A stretch of 63,999 bases of DNA, filler included, from Catajapyx aquilonaris (taxonomy: Eukaryota): the NCBI GenBank assembly GCA_000934665.2. It is 3 parts of 3 records of this genome, joined end to end, with 100 filler letters (N's around TTAATTAATTAA, not from the genome) between each part and the next. Parts side by side here need not be neighbours in the genome. Positions count along the whole stretch, not along the records: positions 1 to 21,613 come from JYFJ02006012.1; 2 more parts are not named here. One strand, 5' to 3'. Both the position numbers and the translations under genes were made by a program. Every line of letters begins with the position of its first letter. The first letter of the stretch is position 1. Shown in pieces: positions 1 through 12,100 of the stretch. A model generated the notes under the pieces. It saw only the letters and a program-made list of their open reading frames with translations, was not told the DNA's origin and searched no databases.

Positions 1-2
1 CC

Positions 3-344
3 CAGATCGAGAAAGAGTGCCTCGGGTTGGTTTGGGGTAGTGAAAGGTTCGCAGAATATATCGTCGGAAGCTCATTCCTCCTAGAAACCGATCATAAGCC
101 CCTAGTTCCTCTCCTGACATCCAAACAACTCTCCTCACTCACTCCACATCTTCAAAGACTCCGTATCCGCCTTTTCCGATATGATTACGAAATTAATCAC
201 TCTCCAGGAAAAGATCTTGTCGAAACGGATGCCCTAAGCCGAGCACCTGTGCCTTGGGCACCACAGGCTGAAGAGTTAGAAGATGAAGTGGAAGCATTTG
301 TCCACATGACGCAAATTGAGTTACCAGCATCACCAGCGAGACTA
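3..344 (+). pseudogene. Ty3/gypsy pol fragment (RNase H domain), truncated
   Basis: Reads QIEKECLGLVWGSERFAEYIVGSSFLLETDHKPLVPLL...LQRLRIRLFRYDYEINHSPGKDLVETDALSRAP, carrying the E.E.L, TDHKPL and DALSR motifs of gypsy RNase H. Homology stops at the CACT terminus at 345. Confidence 0.93.
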
Positions 345-600
345 CACTCTAAATCACATGTGTACTTTATTAGTACACATAAATTGTGTATGTCAGGAAA
401 TACACACCTGTGTGGATCCTGAGAACACAATATTGTGTATGCAATGGTAACCGTACACATTATGTGTAGAGCTCAGTGCATGGATGAGGTACACAATACA
501 TGTGTAGCTAATTTCATACACATATATGCGTACAAATGTTAAAGTGTACACAATGACGAAGGTATATAACACTTCTCAGTACACATATTGTGTACGACTG
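345..600. mobile_element. CACTA/EnSpm (CMC) transposon terminus with palindromic subterminal repeats
   Basis: TA|CACTCTAAA begins exactly where gypsy homology ends. It is followed by repeated TACACA...TGTGTA inverted units (gtacacataaattgtgta, gtacacattatgtgta, gtacacatattgtgtac) and leads into an EnSpm-type accessory gene. Confidence 0.7.
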
Positions 601-1123
601 GTGCTGCCATCTTTATATGACCTCACTTTAACATATACACTTATTGCCGTGTTCTTCTTTATCATTGTTGTTTCTTCGCGCGATTAAGAGTACATTTATT
701 AAAAATATACAAATTAGCAATGCTGATGCAACAGACACTGACACTGTCATGTCGGGTATTCCCCGCCCAGCCCACGGACGAATCGAAGCGACGTGCCTGT
801 TGAAGGGAAGAAAGAAGAACAAAAAGCAAGACACCAGGAGATCAGACTGCAATCCAGAGGACCACAAGCATGCTGGCAGCAAGGCAGGAATAGTGGGTGA
901 GTGTATAGTGCGCGTCTTATACACTCAGTTGATGGCGATTATGTTTTAAAGTAGGCTACACATCATACCTAACCCACAAGAGAACACAGAACACAGTGAT
1001 GTTACAAGCCTGTTAGCATTTTTACTCTATTTACTGTCAATTTTGCCTATATGGTCATGCAATTTCCTATATGTGGCTGATGCAATAATAAACAATGAAG
1101 GTCAGGTCAAGGTGGCAATTTCC

Positions 1124-1181
<58 letters not shown>
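1124..1181. repeat. (AAT)n microsatellite
   Basis: Perfect AAT run. Confidence 0.98.
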
Positions 1182-1502
1182 TGTAAGAGTCAACATGAGT
1201 AGGGTTAGGGAATATTTTTAGATTACATGTTTTTTTCATCTTCAAACGACATATAGCAGCAATATCCACATACCAGCACAACCCACCAAAAGGGGGGGGG
1301 GGTCACCGACCTAAATACCACCTATTAGCCACCTGTAAATACCCCTCTATATTATAAGGTATATGGTATCTGGATATGGCTCATAATTATGTATTTACAC
1401 CAGCCTTTTAAGCACTTTTAGACACTTCGTTCTTGTAATGCATGACACTTAATGAAATCGAATTCCTTTTGGCACTAAAAATGTGTCAAAAAGGAGCTTA
1501 AA

Positions 1503-1672
1503 TCTGCCGTCAGATGTAAGAAGACCGTAACTCGAAAACCACTAAGGGCGAAAGTCGCATTCACGCCCTGCACTAATCCCCTATGAGCCAGGGTGGATTA
1601 GTGCACGGCACGCATGCGACTTTCGCCCTTACTGGTTTTTTGAGTTACGGTCTTCTTACAACTGACGGCAGA
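1503..1672. mobile_element. 170-bp fold-back MITE
   Basis: TCTGCCGTCAGATGTAAGAAGACCGTAACTC... pairs with ...GAGTTACGGTCTTCTTACAACTGACGGCAGA over nearly its whole length; flanked by AA on both sides. Confidence 0.85.
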
Positions 1673-1763
1673 AATGACATGTAGAAAATATAATTTACCT
1701 GGTGCTTTCACTTGATCACAACAGTAGGCTATACTGAAATCATTGTTTCATTTTGTCACTCAG

Positions 1764-4700
1764 ACAACAAGGTAGATCGAGCAGCCTTTCTGCTCCTGGA
1801 TGCGGAGACAGCAAAAGAACTGATCCCTCTTATAGGCGATCGTGTGAAACTTCTTAGGAAAGTAAAACAACTGAGACAGCAGGCAAGGCGTGGCATCAAG
1901 ATTTGTAATTAGTAACATGTAGCAGCAGCAGCTTAGGTTGGTGCACTGCTACTAATTGTTGTTGTTGTTGTTGTAATAATTATTCACTGTTTTTTGACAT
2001 ACCAGTAAGTCACCTATTTACTCACTGTACCTGGCATATGAATTGTTCCAATTGATTTATTGTGACATTGTCTGTAGCAGTTCCTGCTCGCTTCAGTAGG
2101 AAATTTAACTGTTCAGTAATGACAAACATTGTCAGAAATATTTCTAGTTTGAACATACAGTATTAGTTTGCTTTTGTTGCCACGTTCTGCTTTCTTGCTT
2201 TGTTCTTATATATTTTTTTAGGATTCCCTGGAGCAAGATAGAGTAAACCCAGACCCAAATGGCCAACCACACACATCCACTTCAAATGCGTCCACTTCAG
2301 CAGACACAACCAGATAATGAATCATTCTCCAGAAACAGCAGCAGTTGCTACGGTATGGTTTGTAGCGACTTCCGTTAACCTTTTGACGACCGAGTTTTTG
2401 AACCATTGCATTACCCGAGGGCCCGAGTTTTTTTTCCACTTCTCCGGAAATTTGATGAAGAGTGATATTATTGAATAATGATCCGCGGACTGCCCGGATT
2501 ACCCGGATTGCCTATAGTCACCTGATCAAAATGACCCTGTGACCCATTTTTGAGGGGGCAGAGGGGGTCAGAGGTCAAATTCCGGGGGGTAATCCCGGTA
2601 GTCCGAGGGTAATCTGGGGGTAGTATGAGAGAAGTCCGGGGGTAATCCGAGTGTAGTCCGGGTAGTCCAGCGGTAATCCAATTTTACCTCTCATCATATG
2701 ATGTCCGTAGTCGTCAAAAGGTTAATCAGAAAAGTATGCATGAAGGACTTGAACTGCATTGTTTATTGAAGGAGACTTGGTCTATGTGACCACCAAGACA
2801 GTTAGCTCTGCAGTTACGTCAAATTTCAAATTAGGTCAAAATCGTGTCACACTGCCAATTCCTAGCTTCTGCCCATTTGTCGAGTCAATGGGAGGGTGAG
2901 AAGTTGTGTCCATGCAAACGTAAGTGGCTGTCTGAACAGACCAGCATTATTGTATGTAATAGTGTAGACTTAATTGTTGCAGTATGATGTGAAGCAAATC
3001 CTGGGTACCACTCCAAGAGGGAAAGACATGTGTACCTTTTATGAAGGTAGTCCAGATGAAACAGATGATGCATCAGCGTCAAGATCACACAGGATGATGA
3101 TGATAAAAATGCTCGGAAAATATATCCTTGCTCATGCAATGAAGTCTGTATGTACACATGTAGTGATTTATTATATTTATAGAAACTTTCATATGTCAGT
3201 TATGTTCATGTTGTACAAGTGTTCTGTAAACACATATCTACTCGTAGTTTGGCTTTATATTTTCTTGCATTGCAACGGTGTTTTTTGTGTCAAAGGATTA
3301 ATGAGCTATCAGTGGAGGAAAAGATTGGGATGGCTAAAAGCATAATAGAGGCCTTCCCAAGGCTGCGAAATGAGCATACCGAAAAAGGATATGTAAGTAC
3401 GGCGTATTGTGGCACGAATTATCAATTTTTAATTAATAAATTCTTCATTTTCATGTTCTGGCGACCATTCTTATAGGAGGTGTTCTATGATCCAATTGGA
3501 CACAGTGGCCATTTAGAAGTATTTCTACGAACAAAACGTAGTCGTGACCCACTGATTCCCACAAGACCATACAATAGGAAAAAATGTAAAGTGACAGGTG
3601 TAAGCAATCCTGATAATGACATGGAAGAAGTTAGACAAGCAGAACTTTTCTGCCGCACCAACACCCCTAATACCGAAAACAGGTCAGTGCTGCGTCAGAA
3701 TATGACTTACACACGCCCATCGCGTCGCCACTGGATCATCAGTGACAGCCCTGCAGCTGCAGATATCTTAAAGAGATACCCTCGATTTGTGGACTTCAAT
3801 GAATTGGTATGTAGATTGGCAACTGTAGGAAAGAAGCATTCAGATTCTATTCCCATTACTGTCTTTCATAGATCAATGATGAATTTGAAAGCATCGTAGG
3901 AGACTTTGTGCCTCCCTCTGAGGCTTTACAAGTAATTCAGGAAAGCCTCCTGAAGCGTGGAAAGTTGCTTCACGATAACCTGAAAGCACTGCTCTATATA
4001 ATGAAGGTATCTATGCAGTCCTAATGTGAAAGTACCACTATATCTCCTATCATGAGACATCTTTTTGAAATGCATGTTACGAATAAAAATAATTTCTGCA
4101 GCAGAAACTACCAGGAAATGTGTGATGCTTCTGCCATATCTTCTTCGTGGTCCAATGAAAAGGAGAATCGATCCGGGGAAAGCTCTCAAGCAAATGTACT
4201 TGGAAATTGAGGTAATATGTTCATTGATATTGCTTAATGAAGTTGTGATTTCAATATTATAAGTTGGAGCTAAGTAAACTTGTAAGGGATGTTGCTCCGT
4301 CAGAGCATATCAACTTACTCATTACTATATATCTGAATGATTAGAAATTCTTGACCTGGATACAAAAATACAGGATAACAAAATTAATTTTTATAGTACT
4401 TATTGCCACTGGCTGGTATGAAATATGTGCTCATGTACCCGACAATTTTTTTGTTGTCACTGATTATTTGGATTATTTCTAGGATAGCCTGTCTTTAGAA
4501 CAAGCTGTGGAGAGGGCCCAAGATGCTGCTGGAATGCTTCAGCCAGGTCTGATATGCCTCCAGGGGCAGTACTTTGTTGTGGTTGATAAACAAGCCATTT
4601 TAATAGATACTGCAAGCACACTATTCGATGGACTGTGCTTCCTCTTGAAGTGTTTTTACACATTGAATTTGAAGTACCCATCTTCACTGTCCCATGTCTA

Positions 4701-4812
4701 CGCATTCATTGAAACTCTCATGGAGCTGAAAGGTGACAGTGTGACTAAGGCACCAGCAGCGGTACTGGATTTTCTGCAGGAACTAAAAGGGAGTGCTAAG
4801 GGTAAGGAGTGA
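1764..4812 (+). pseudogene. Multi-exon SAM-domain (SAMD3-like) accessory gene of an EnSpm/CMC transposon, probably decayed
   Basis: Exon-like segments bounded by splice signals at about 1764-1882, 2222-2352, 2983-3143, 3296-3392, 3477-3806, 3872-4006, 4102-4211 and 4483-4812. SAM-like DNKVDRAAFLLLDAETAKELIPLIGDRVKLL; central IIEAFPRL...GYEVFYD...SGHL and TRPSRRHWI...DILKRYPRF; C-terminal LLKCFYTLNLKYPSSLSHVYAFIE, typical of animal EnSpm ORF2. Two junctions are out of phase, suggesting frameshifts. Confidence 0.8.
2379..2721. mobile_element. piggyBac-type MITE within an intron
   Basis: TTAA|CCTTTTGACGAC ... GTCGTCAAAAGG|TTAA: 12-bp perfect TIR with TTAA TSDs at 2375-2378 and 2722-2725; internal CCGGG/GGGGTAATCC repeats. 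Confidence 0.92.
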
Positions 4813-5281
4813 CAACATCATGATTTTTTGGGGGAGAAATCCTGAATGTCCAAAGGAACTCTGCTAAGCCAATGCCTTAGATACAATTCCAAGAAAGGGG
4901 GGTACCAAGTCTGGGAAAATTGTAATCAATAGGTAAAGTTTAGATTAAAGGGTTGGAGGAGGGACGGTTCCTCCTATAGGTCCATGCTTTCTATCCCTTT
5001 TACTATCCTCTTTCACCATTTTTACCTTTTACCATTTTTTCTATCCTCTTTTACCATCACAGATCCATGATCCATGAGACTTACACCACATCAGCTCATC
5101 GCCTGATGATTGATGTACTGATACATGACACGATGATCGGACCTCCTTGGTGTAGGAAGTAGGGCTGGAGGAGGACGATTATTACAGATTGATTCAGTTG
5201 ATTGTTGACACTGACACTAACAGAGTAACACTGTCAAACTCAGAATAGTAACTCACTAACTAATTGGCGGCGAAAGCTGCC

Positions 5282-6250
5282 ATGGCGGCCCAAGAAGGTG
5301 GTGCAGCAGCACCTGAAAATGATACTGATCCCACGCTGGATAGCCCAGCAGAATCAATGGATGGCCCATCTAGACCATCCAAGAGAGATCGATCACCATC
5401 TGGGAGCGATACGGAGAACGGAGACCCTCCCTTCCAACAGATCGCCACTAAAAAGGTATGCCATATGGCTGCCAAACAGGCTCTCCCCAAAACACTAGAG
5501 CAAGGCGTGGCCCAGGAACGCCACAAGGGGGTAAGAACGGTAACGTTCAAGCCCAGAAACAAGGAGGACGGCTACGGGAGAATAAACCCGCACCTCCTTG
5601 CCAGATCGATTTGTCAATACGGCGTTAAGCCCCCTTCAGCTGTGGGTACTGAAGTCGGGCGACCTCCGGGTCAAAGTGGCCACGGAGGAAGAAGCGGAAA
5701 AACTCTCCCCAGTAAGGGAGGTTAGCGGGATCCCGTGCAGTGCAACCGCCAGCTCCCAGACGATGCGCTTCCGGGGCCTAATCAAGGTTCAGGGAGCGAG
5801 CACGGACAAAGCCATTTTAGAGGCCCTGGCAGAGACGGGCGCGGTGAAAGCAAAACGCTTCAGCCGTAATGTCGCCGGGACACAGATCCCGAGCAGCACG
5901 GTCCTGGTCACCTTCAAAGGCGCTCTGCCGGAGAAGGTGACTGTAGGGATCAACGACCGAAAGGTTACCCCCCTTTGTGGCCCCCCAATCCAGTGCTGGA
6001 ACTGCCAGGGGTTTCACCATGTGGCAAAAAATTGCAGCAACATGCGGCGCTGCAGACACTGTGGGGAGAACCACATGGCCAGCAGATGCAAGGCTGAAAC
6101 TCGCAAATGCGCGAACTGCGGCGGTGAGCATATGTCCTCCACAAGGGCTGCCCACGCCACCTAGTAGCCAAGGAAGCGAGACGCCTGAGAGAGGAGGAAG
6201 GGGCCAGTAATAAAGAGGCCAAAAGACAGGCCAAGGCCACATACAGGTAG
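5282..6250 (+). pseudogene. gag-like ORF1 of an I/Jockey/R1-group LINE with three CCHC zinc knuckles, frameshifted
   Basis: PIQCWNCQGFHHVAKNC, CRHCGENHMASRC and CANCGGEHMSSTR(x)C, preceded by LKSGDLRVKV and TVLVTFKGALPEKV. Split across ORFs 5264-5725 and 5598-6164; no APE-RT ORF2 follows. Confidence 0.85.
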
Positions 6251-6905
6251 GTCCTTGCCATGTGGTGTCCCCAGCTGGGAAAATTATTTCAGCTTGGGAA
6301 AATTATTATTGATCAACTGCGTTTTACTATAGGTGTAGGACGTTCCACCAAAACCCTGCACTCTTCACCCAAGATTCATCTGATTGTCTGGTCCATCAGT
6401 TTCACCATTACCTGTTACTGATAGAGCCTACTTCACTTCATCACCTCAGCAATTACCAGTACACAGTCTTAATGACATCACAGTTAAACTAGACTCACAT
6501 AGTAAGATCAATATTTTTATAAGTTATGAGGAGAGTCACATCCAGCCAGAATTTATTTTACTTTCTGCTTTATTATCTTGTTAAAATGGCTGCAGATACC
6601 AAATGACACCACCTACATAAACCACATATATTGGCAGAAAGCCTGGGGTTGCATATGTGGTTGTGCCTAAGTGAATTTATAAATCTTTTATTGATCCAGC
6701 CTATTTTAAAGATCATTGTCATGCTTCAGTGTCTGGTTCTGTCATTTTTCACCTTCCTTTTCTTTCTCTGTAATAAAACTTTTATGGATCTGAGTTCTTT
6801 GCAATGCCATTACAAATGTTGCTTCTTGCCTTTCCTTCCACTTCGTAGTTTTTCCAACACTTTTGCCACAATCTCCTGCTTATGCATGGGTGAGGGTATT
6901 GTTCC

Positions 6906-7600
6906 ATGTACATTTCTTACTTTCCCTTTGAAAACTTGCCCCTGAAGAGAAAAAACCGGGGATGGGGTCCACTCACCCCAAACCCCCTCAAAAGTGTGGC
7001 GCAGTCCATGCCCGGAAATCCCGGAAGCGTGGCAAGCCAGGTCATGACCCTGTTCAAAAGGGAGCTGTGGTGGCGTACGGTCCTGGACGATGAGGCCCGG
7101 AGCCTCATGACTGGGGACCCGTTGCACACGCTGCATCTGCACCCGGACCATTTTGTCCCGAACATAGACCTCCTTCCCAATGAAGATTGGAATGAGCTGG
7201 ACACTTTTGTGCGGGTGGCTAGCGTTGAGATGACTACTATCCTTTACAAGCAAAGACGGGCGTTGCTTGCGCGCACAATGAAGCGGAGACGGGAGCTTCT
7301 CTCCAGCCTCCCGAGGAAGGAGCAGGCCCGGGTCCGAGCGGAGATGGATCGGTACCGCCGGGATACGGCGGACCGGTATGTACACAACCAAAGGGGGCAC
7401 GACCCCGACTCCCAGGCCAAGTGTCGCTTCCCGAAGCGCCATATCCTTCTGCAAATGGAAGCTCTCGATTCCAAGAAGGGGTGGAAGGGGGGGCAGACCC
7501 GCCCCAAGGGCCCACCGCGACCACCCCATCCAGGACTCCCGACGAGGTGGTGATCCTGGACACCTCCACTGAAGAGGAGAACGCTTTTGGCACACCAGGT
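6906..7600 (+). CDS. Unidentified GC-rich coding remnant, probably of TE origin
   Basis: 215-aa ORF with a helical basic core (NEDWNELDTFVRVASVEMTTILYKQRRALLARTMKRRRELLSSL), apparently continuing by frameshift into PSRTPDEVVILDTSTEEE. No family recognised with certainty. Confidence 0.45.
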
Positions 7601-8089
7601 GGGCAGGGAAAAAGATGTGAAGTGATACCTGTGTTTTGATTTGAATGACCGGCGCATTACCAGAGAAGGAAAAGTAACGTTTTGTCAAACTGTCATTTAC
7701 CGCATTTGTTTGATGCACAATCCAGTGATAAGCATCTTTGTTTGTTTTTCTTGCCAAGAACGATCTGCCACATTTGTGAAGTGACGCCGTCTGTGGACTA
7801 TTGACGGCCGTCCAGTGTTTTGTTTGGGGCTAATCGTTTATCTTATTATTTGCAAGCCGAGTTGAAGTAGTCCAGTTTGAGAGGACTTGTGCGTAAGTTT
7901 AATTGGTTTCTCCGACTTCAACTTTCCTTGTTGTACATAGTGTACGTATATAACTCCCAGTGTTCTATTTCAAATTTTGATCATACCTGCGCAGTGACAT
8001 AGGTGGCGTGTGCAAAAGTCGACTTTTGGCCATCTAGAAAACGGCTGGGAATTTTGGGATGTTGAGGATTTTTGGCCAAGGTATATCGG

Positions 8090-11000
8090 GGGCAAGGAAT
8101 CCAACGGATGCCTACCCCACTGACAGGAGAGGCTGAGTTGAACACTGCCCTGCGGCCACCTGAGCTCCAGGAGGGTAAGCTGACCATCTCGTTCCCCATG
8201 CCCCTGGAGGTTCGGTGTCGTTGAGGGATGTAATCATGTCTACAAAGGGGACGTGTGGACGTATGTGAAGCAGTCCCTGACCCAACACCTGCGGAGGGGT
8301 CATGAACTGGAGCCCATCGAGGAGGTACTGTGCAGGTGGTGTGGGATGGAATTGAGACTGCGGCCATCCTACCACATCGAGCAATGTCCTGAGAAGCCTG
8401 AACAGATAGCACCCGGGGATATTACCTTGGGGAAATTCACTTGCGCAGAATGTGGAGAAATGCATCACACTAAGATAGGCATCCGGAACCATCTTCGGTG
8501 GCATGTGGAGGAGCAGTTGCGTGAAAAGAACGGAGCTCCTGAGAGAAGATGCGCCCGCCGGAAGCCAGACATGAGAAGGCGTTCCCCACTTGTTTTAGTC
8601 ATTTTTCTCATTTAATAGCGATAAGTCCTCGCATTTATCTTTTACTGGGTGCAGGCGTCCCCGGTCGACCTGGCGGAGGTGGAGGTGCTGGGGCCGGGCC
8701 CCTGTTGTAGTGGCCGGGACGGACGGGGTCGCCTGTGTTAGTTTCTGGGATTACCTGTCACGAATCGCGTGGATTCGTTAGTCTTTCTTGAATAAGTTTT
8801 AGTCTGGGGGCCTGCCCCCGGGTTTCGCGGTTTCTTTGGCGACTCGCCCCCCGGGGGCCGTCCCCTTTCCGGCCTTGTTACTTGCGTCATTGACGCTTTT
8901 GGTGGGACTGCCTGTTCTGTCCGTCATGTGTCGTCAACTTCTCGTTGAATGTAGACGTCTGTTAACGTTGTTTGTACGCCTAGTGCGTGATAGTACTTTT
9001 CTTTTCCGACGTTTTGTTTTGTGGTCGCCGAAGACCCCTCAGGTTCTCGGCTTGTGGGTTGTGGACCACCAATAGCATCCCGCTTAACGGGCTTCTCTTT
9101 TTCAGGGACATATTTGAATTCTCCCCTTCAGGGATAGACCGTTGCATTAATAATAGGGTTTTTTCTTTCTTCAGCATTTAGCACCATACGGCAGACTTAA
9201 GCCATTTGGCTCTTCAAGCATAAGGCATAGTGTCCTGTAGCGAGGATTAGGGCCTTGGATCGGCCTAGAGGTTGAAAGGCTACGTCGGGCCAACCTCTAT
9301 AAATATTTTCAACTGATTCCTCCACCCCCGCAGTCTGGTTGCGAAGTGGAGGGTGAGGTGGGAGTTATTAGCCCCCATCCAAGCGAAAGAAGCATAAATG
9401 ACTAGGCGTGGCCATTGGCCAGCAGGCGACGCCGGACCGGGTGGGAGAAGGAGGCGAGCTTTTAACCGATTTTAGTCCTGTCCCCCACCCCACACCCCCC
9501 CTCCCTGAGGCTGGTCCTCATTTTAACCTATGTGGTCCGTTACCCCAATTCCCACAGGCCGGTCCTGCTTTTATTCCCCCCTCCCCTTTCCTCCCCCCAG
9601 CATTCGACCTGGTAAGTCCCGTTTTTGCCAGGGTAGGATCGGTGCTGGTTCCTTCCTTTTTACAGCCATCAGTCGTTCCGATTTTAGCTGATTACTCGCT
9701 CCCTCCTATCCCCCCGGCCGACGTCATGGCCAGTCCGGTGGAATATGATGCCCCTTCACCGGCTGGCTTCGCCTTGTTTAATACCCAGACCAATGATACT
9801 GGCCACATCATCAACGATGACCAGCAGGACGATGCAGATGCAGAGATGGGTGGCCAGGAGAATGACCACATCGGACCGGATGACGAAGGGGACGAGCTGG
9901 GTGTTCCCAGTCATGATGAAATCCCAGATGGTCCACCATCTGAGGGTGACCCTGCGCCGGACGAGGGGAGAGAGCCACCACCATGGGAGGAGTGGTTGTC
10001 TCGACTGATGGACGCACTCCTATCCATATACATCTCCCCGCCCTGGCCAGAATCTATAACATGGAGCAGTCGGAGCAAGCGTGGGCCAAATTTGAGGAGC
10101 TCCTGGAGAGAGTGACTGGCACGGCCAGGGAGACCGGCCATATTCCTGAACCCACCGGGAACTCCGGACGAACGAAGAAGCCAATGGATGTGGAAGACTG
10201 CAGGGCCATCCAGAGCCTCTATAGACGGAACCGGCGGAGGGCGGTGCGGCTCATTCTGGAGGGCGAGGGGCAGAAGTGCCAAATTCCGAAGGCACAACTC
10301 GAAGCCTTTTTTGAAGCAGCATATGAAGCCCGAACCAGGGACCCAGTCTTTTATTCCCAAAGAGGTACTCGACCCCCACTCGAGATGACAGATTTCAACC
10401 CTGGGGAAGTGGTTGGAAAGTTGGGGGGAGCAGAAAGTACGGCTCCAGGTGAAGATATGCTGACCTACCAGCACTGGAGGCAGCTTGATCCAGAGGGAGT
10501 GCTGCTTACAGCCATATTTAACATCTGCCTGAGATACCGCCGCATTCCAGACAGCTGGAGGAGGTCAACCACGGTCCTTAGGACGACCTCGGTGAGAAGG
10601 GATTCCTCCCCCATGACGGAGTGATCGAGCATAACTTTGTCTTGCAAAGACGAATGGACGAGGCGCGGCGACACAGGCAGGACCTGTGCGTCGCGTGGCT
10701 GGATTTTTCGACGGCGTATACGGCAGTACCGCATGGAGCCCTGGTGGCGGCGCTGGACGCGGTGGGAGCTGGAGACGTCTTCTGTGAATTGATTGAGGAC
10801 TTCTGCCGGAACGGAACCACGCGGATCATGACCGCTGGCGGTCTTTCGTCCCCTGTCCCGACTTGTAATGGAATTAGACAGGGAGATCCACTTTCATGCT
10901 TGCTGTTCAACGTCGCTATTGATCAGCTGTTGTGGCAGGTCCAGCCCGATGGTAGAACGGGGACGCACAAGGTCCTAGCTTACGCTGATGACCTCACGCT

Positions 11001-12100
11001 CCTTGCTGCCATCCCGGAGGAGTTGCAATTGGCCATGGTGGAGGAACAGGCGAGGAGGATCTTCATCCATGTCAACGCTAAAAAACCGTGGTCATGCACT
11101 TTTCGGGGAAGACTCCTGTTGGGGTCAGGCCCACCCCCTTCCATCTGGGCGGAAGGGAGCTGACCGCACTGAAAGGGGGGGGGGGGAGTCAACAAAATTT
11201 TTGGGCAAGCCGGTTGGATACCACCTGATCCCTGATTACGCCGCGGTGGACAAAATTGTTGCAACGGGGGAGGCGATTTTGAGATCGAGTTTGGCGCCAT
11301 GGCAGCGACTGGACGCCTTAAAAACTTTCTTTTATCCCTCCCTCACATTCTCCTTTAGAACTGGCCAGATTCCAAAAACCAAATGTTCCCAGATCGACAA
11401 AGCCCTCCGCCCTCTCCTGAAGCAGACCCTCAACCTCCCTACCAGAGCGTCTAATGAATATCTTTATGGTAGTAGAGGGGCTTGGGGATGTGGCCTGCCC
11501 AGGGTTTCCGACAGTTGCGACGCCCTCATCATTGACACGGCTTTCAAACTACTGACCTCCCCTGACCAGGGTGTGGCCGAACTGGCAAAGGAGGACTTGC
11601 GTGCAACCGTGGGAGGAAGGCTGTGTCGGGAGGCCACTGAGAAGGACGTAGTGGAGTACCTGTCTGGATGCAATGATGGTGACTACCGCCTCCGCAGTAA
11701 CTCCTTCAAAAATATCTGGACTGCGGCCAGGGCGGCCTCCACTCGCCTCGGCATCTCCTGGACTGGTGTGGAGGGGGAGGGGGAGATTACTGTGGTGGTG
11801 GGGAAGGTGACCCTGCGCTCCAGGATGAGGAAGGTCCTGGCCAAAACCATCAGAACATCCATCCAGCGACAGCTTGACCAGCAGCTCCTCAGCAAGCCTG
11901 ACTAGGGGAAGGTGATGGAGTGTGTTGGCAAGTCGGCGGCCTCCAGTCACTTCCTGACTGGGGGAAAATATACAACATTTGCTGATTGGAGGTTCATTCA
12001 TCGGGCCCGGTTGAACCTGGTGCCGCTGGGAGATGCCAGACCGTGGGACCGGGACCATCGACAGAAGTGCCGGAGGTGCCCTGGGGTTGGGGAGACCAAG
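8090..12100 (+). mobile_element. Utopia/NeSL-clade (RLE-type) non-LTR retrotransposon, degenerate and 3'-truncated
   Basis: N-terminal zinc fingers (WTYVKQSLTQHLRRGH, CRWC..PSYH, FTCAECGEMHHTKIGIRNHLRWH); IQSLYRRNRRRAVR; RT motifs KGFLPHDGVIEHNF, VAWLDF...VPH, GIRQGDPLS.LLFN and LAYADDL; post-RT LAPWQRLDALKTF, ASNEYLYGS, AFKLLTSPD, FADWRFIHRARLNL and CRRC..ET. The endonuclease domain is lost. Confidence 0.88.

Noticed and set aside
355..600. CRISPR-like repeat-spacer pattern (also 31797-32022)
   Set aside because: Units are short, degenerate, bidirectional and irregularly spaced; the context is eukaryotic with no cas genes. Better explained as transposon subterminal repeats.
5095..5145. Possible second hammerhead (CTGATGA followed by an ATGTA/TACAT stem)
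   Set aside because: The required GAAA is GACA, and no convincing stems I and III close the core.
6810..7757. 315-aa minus-strand ORF
   Set aside because: Likely an antisense shadow of the GC-rich + strand ORF; no motifs.
8015..8045. CTTTTGGC resemblance to U2 snRNA upstream of the Utopia
   Set aside because: Only about 8 nt match; the flanking U2 sequence is absent.
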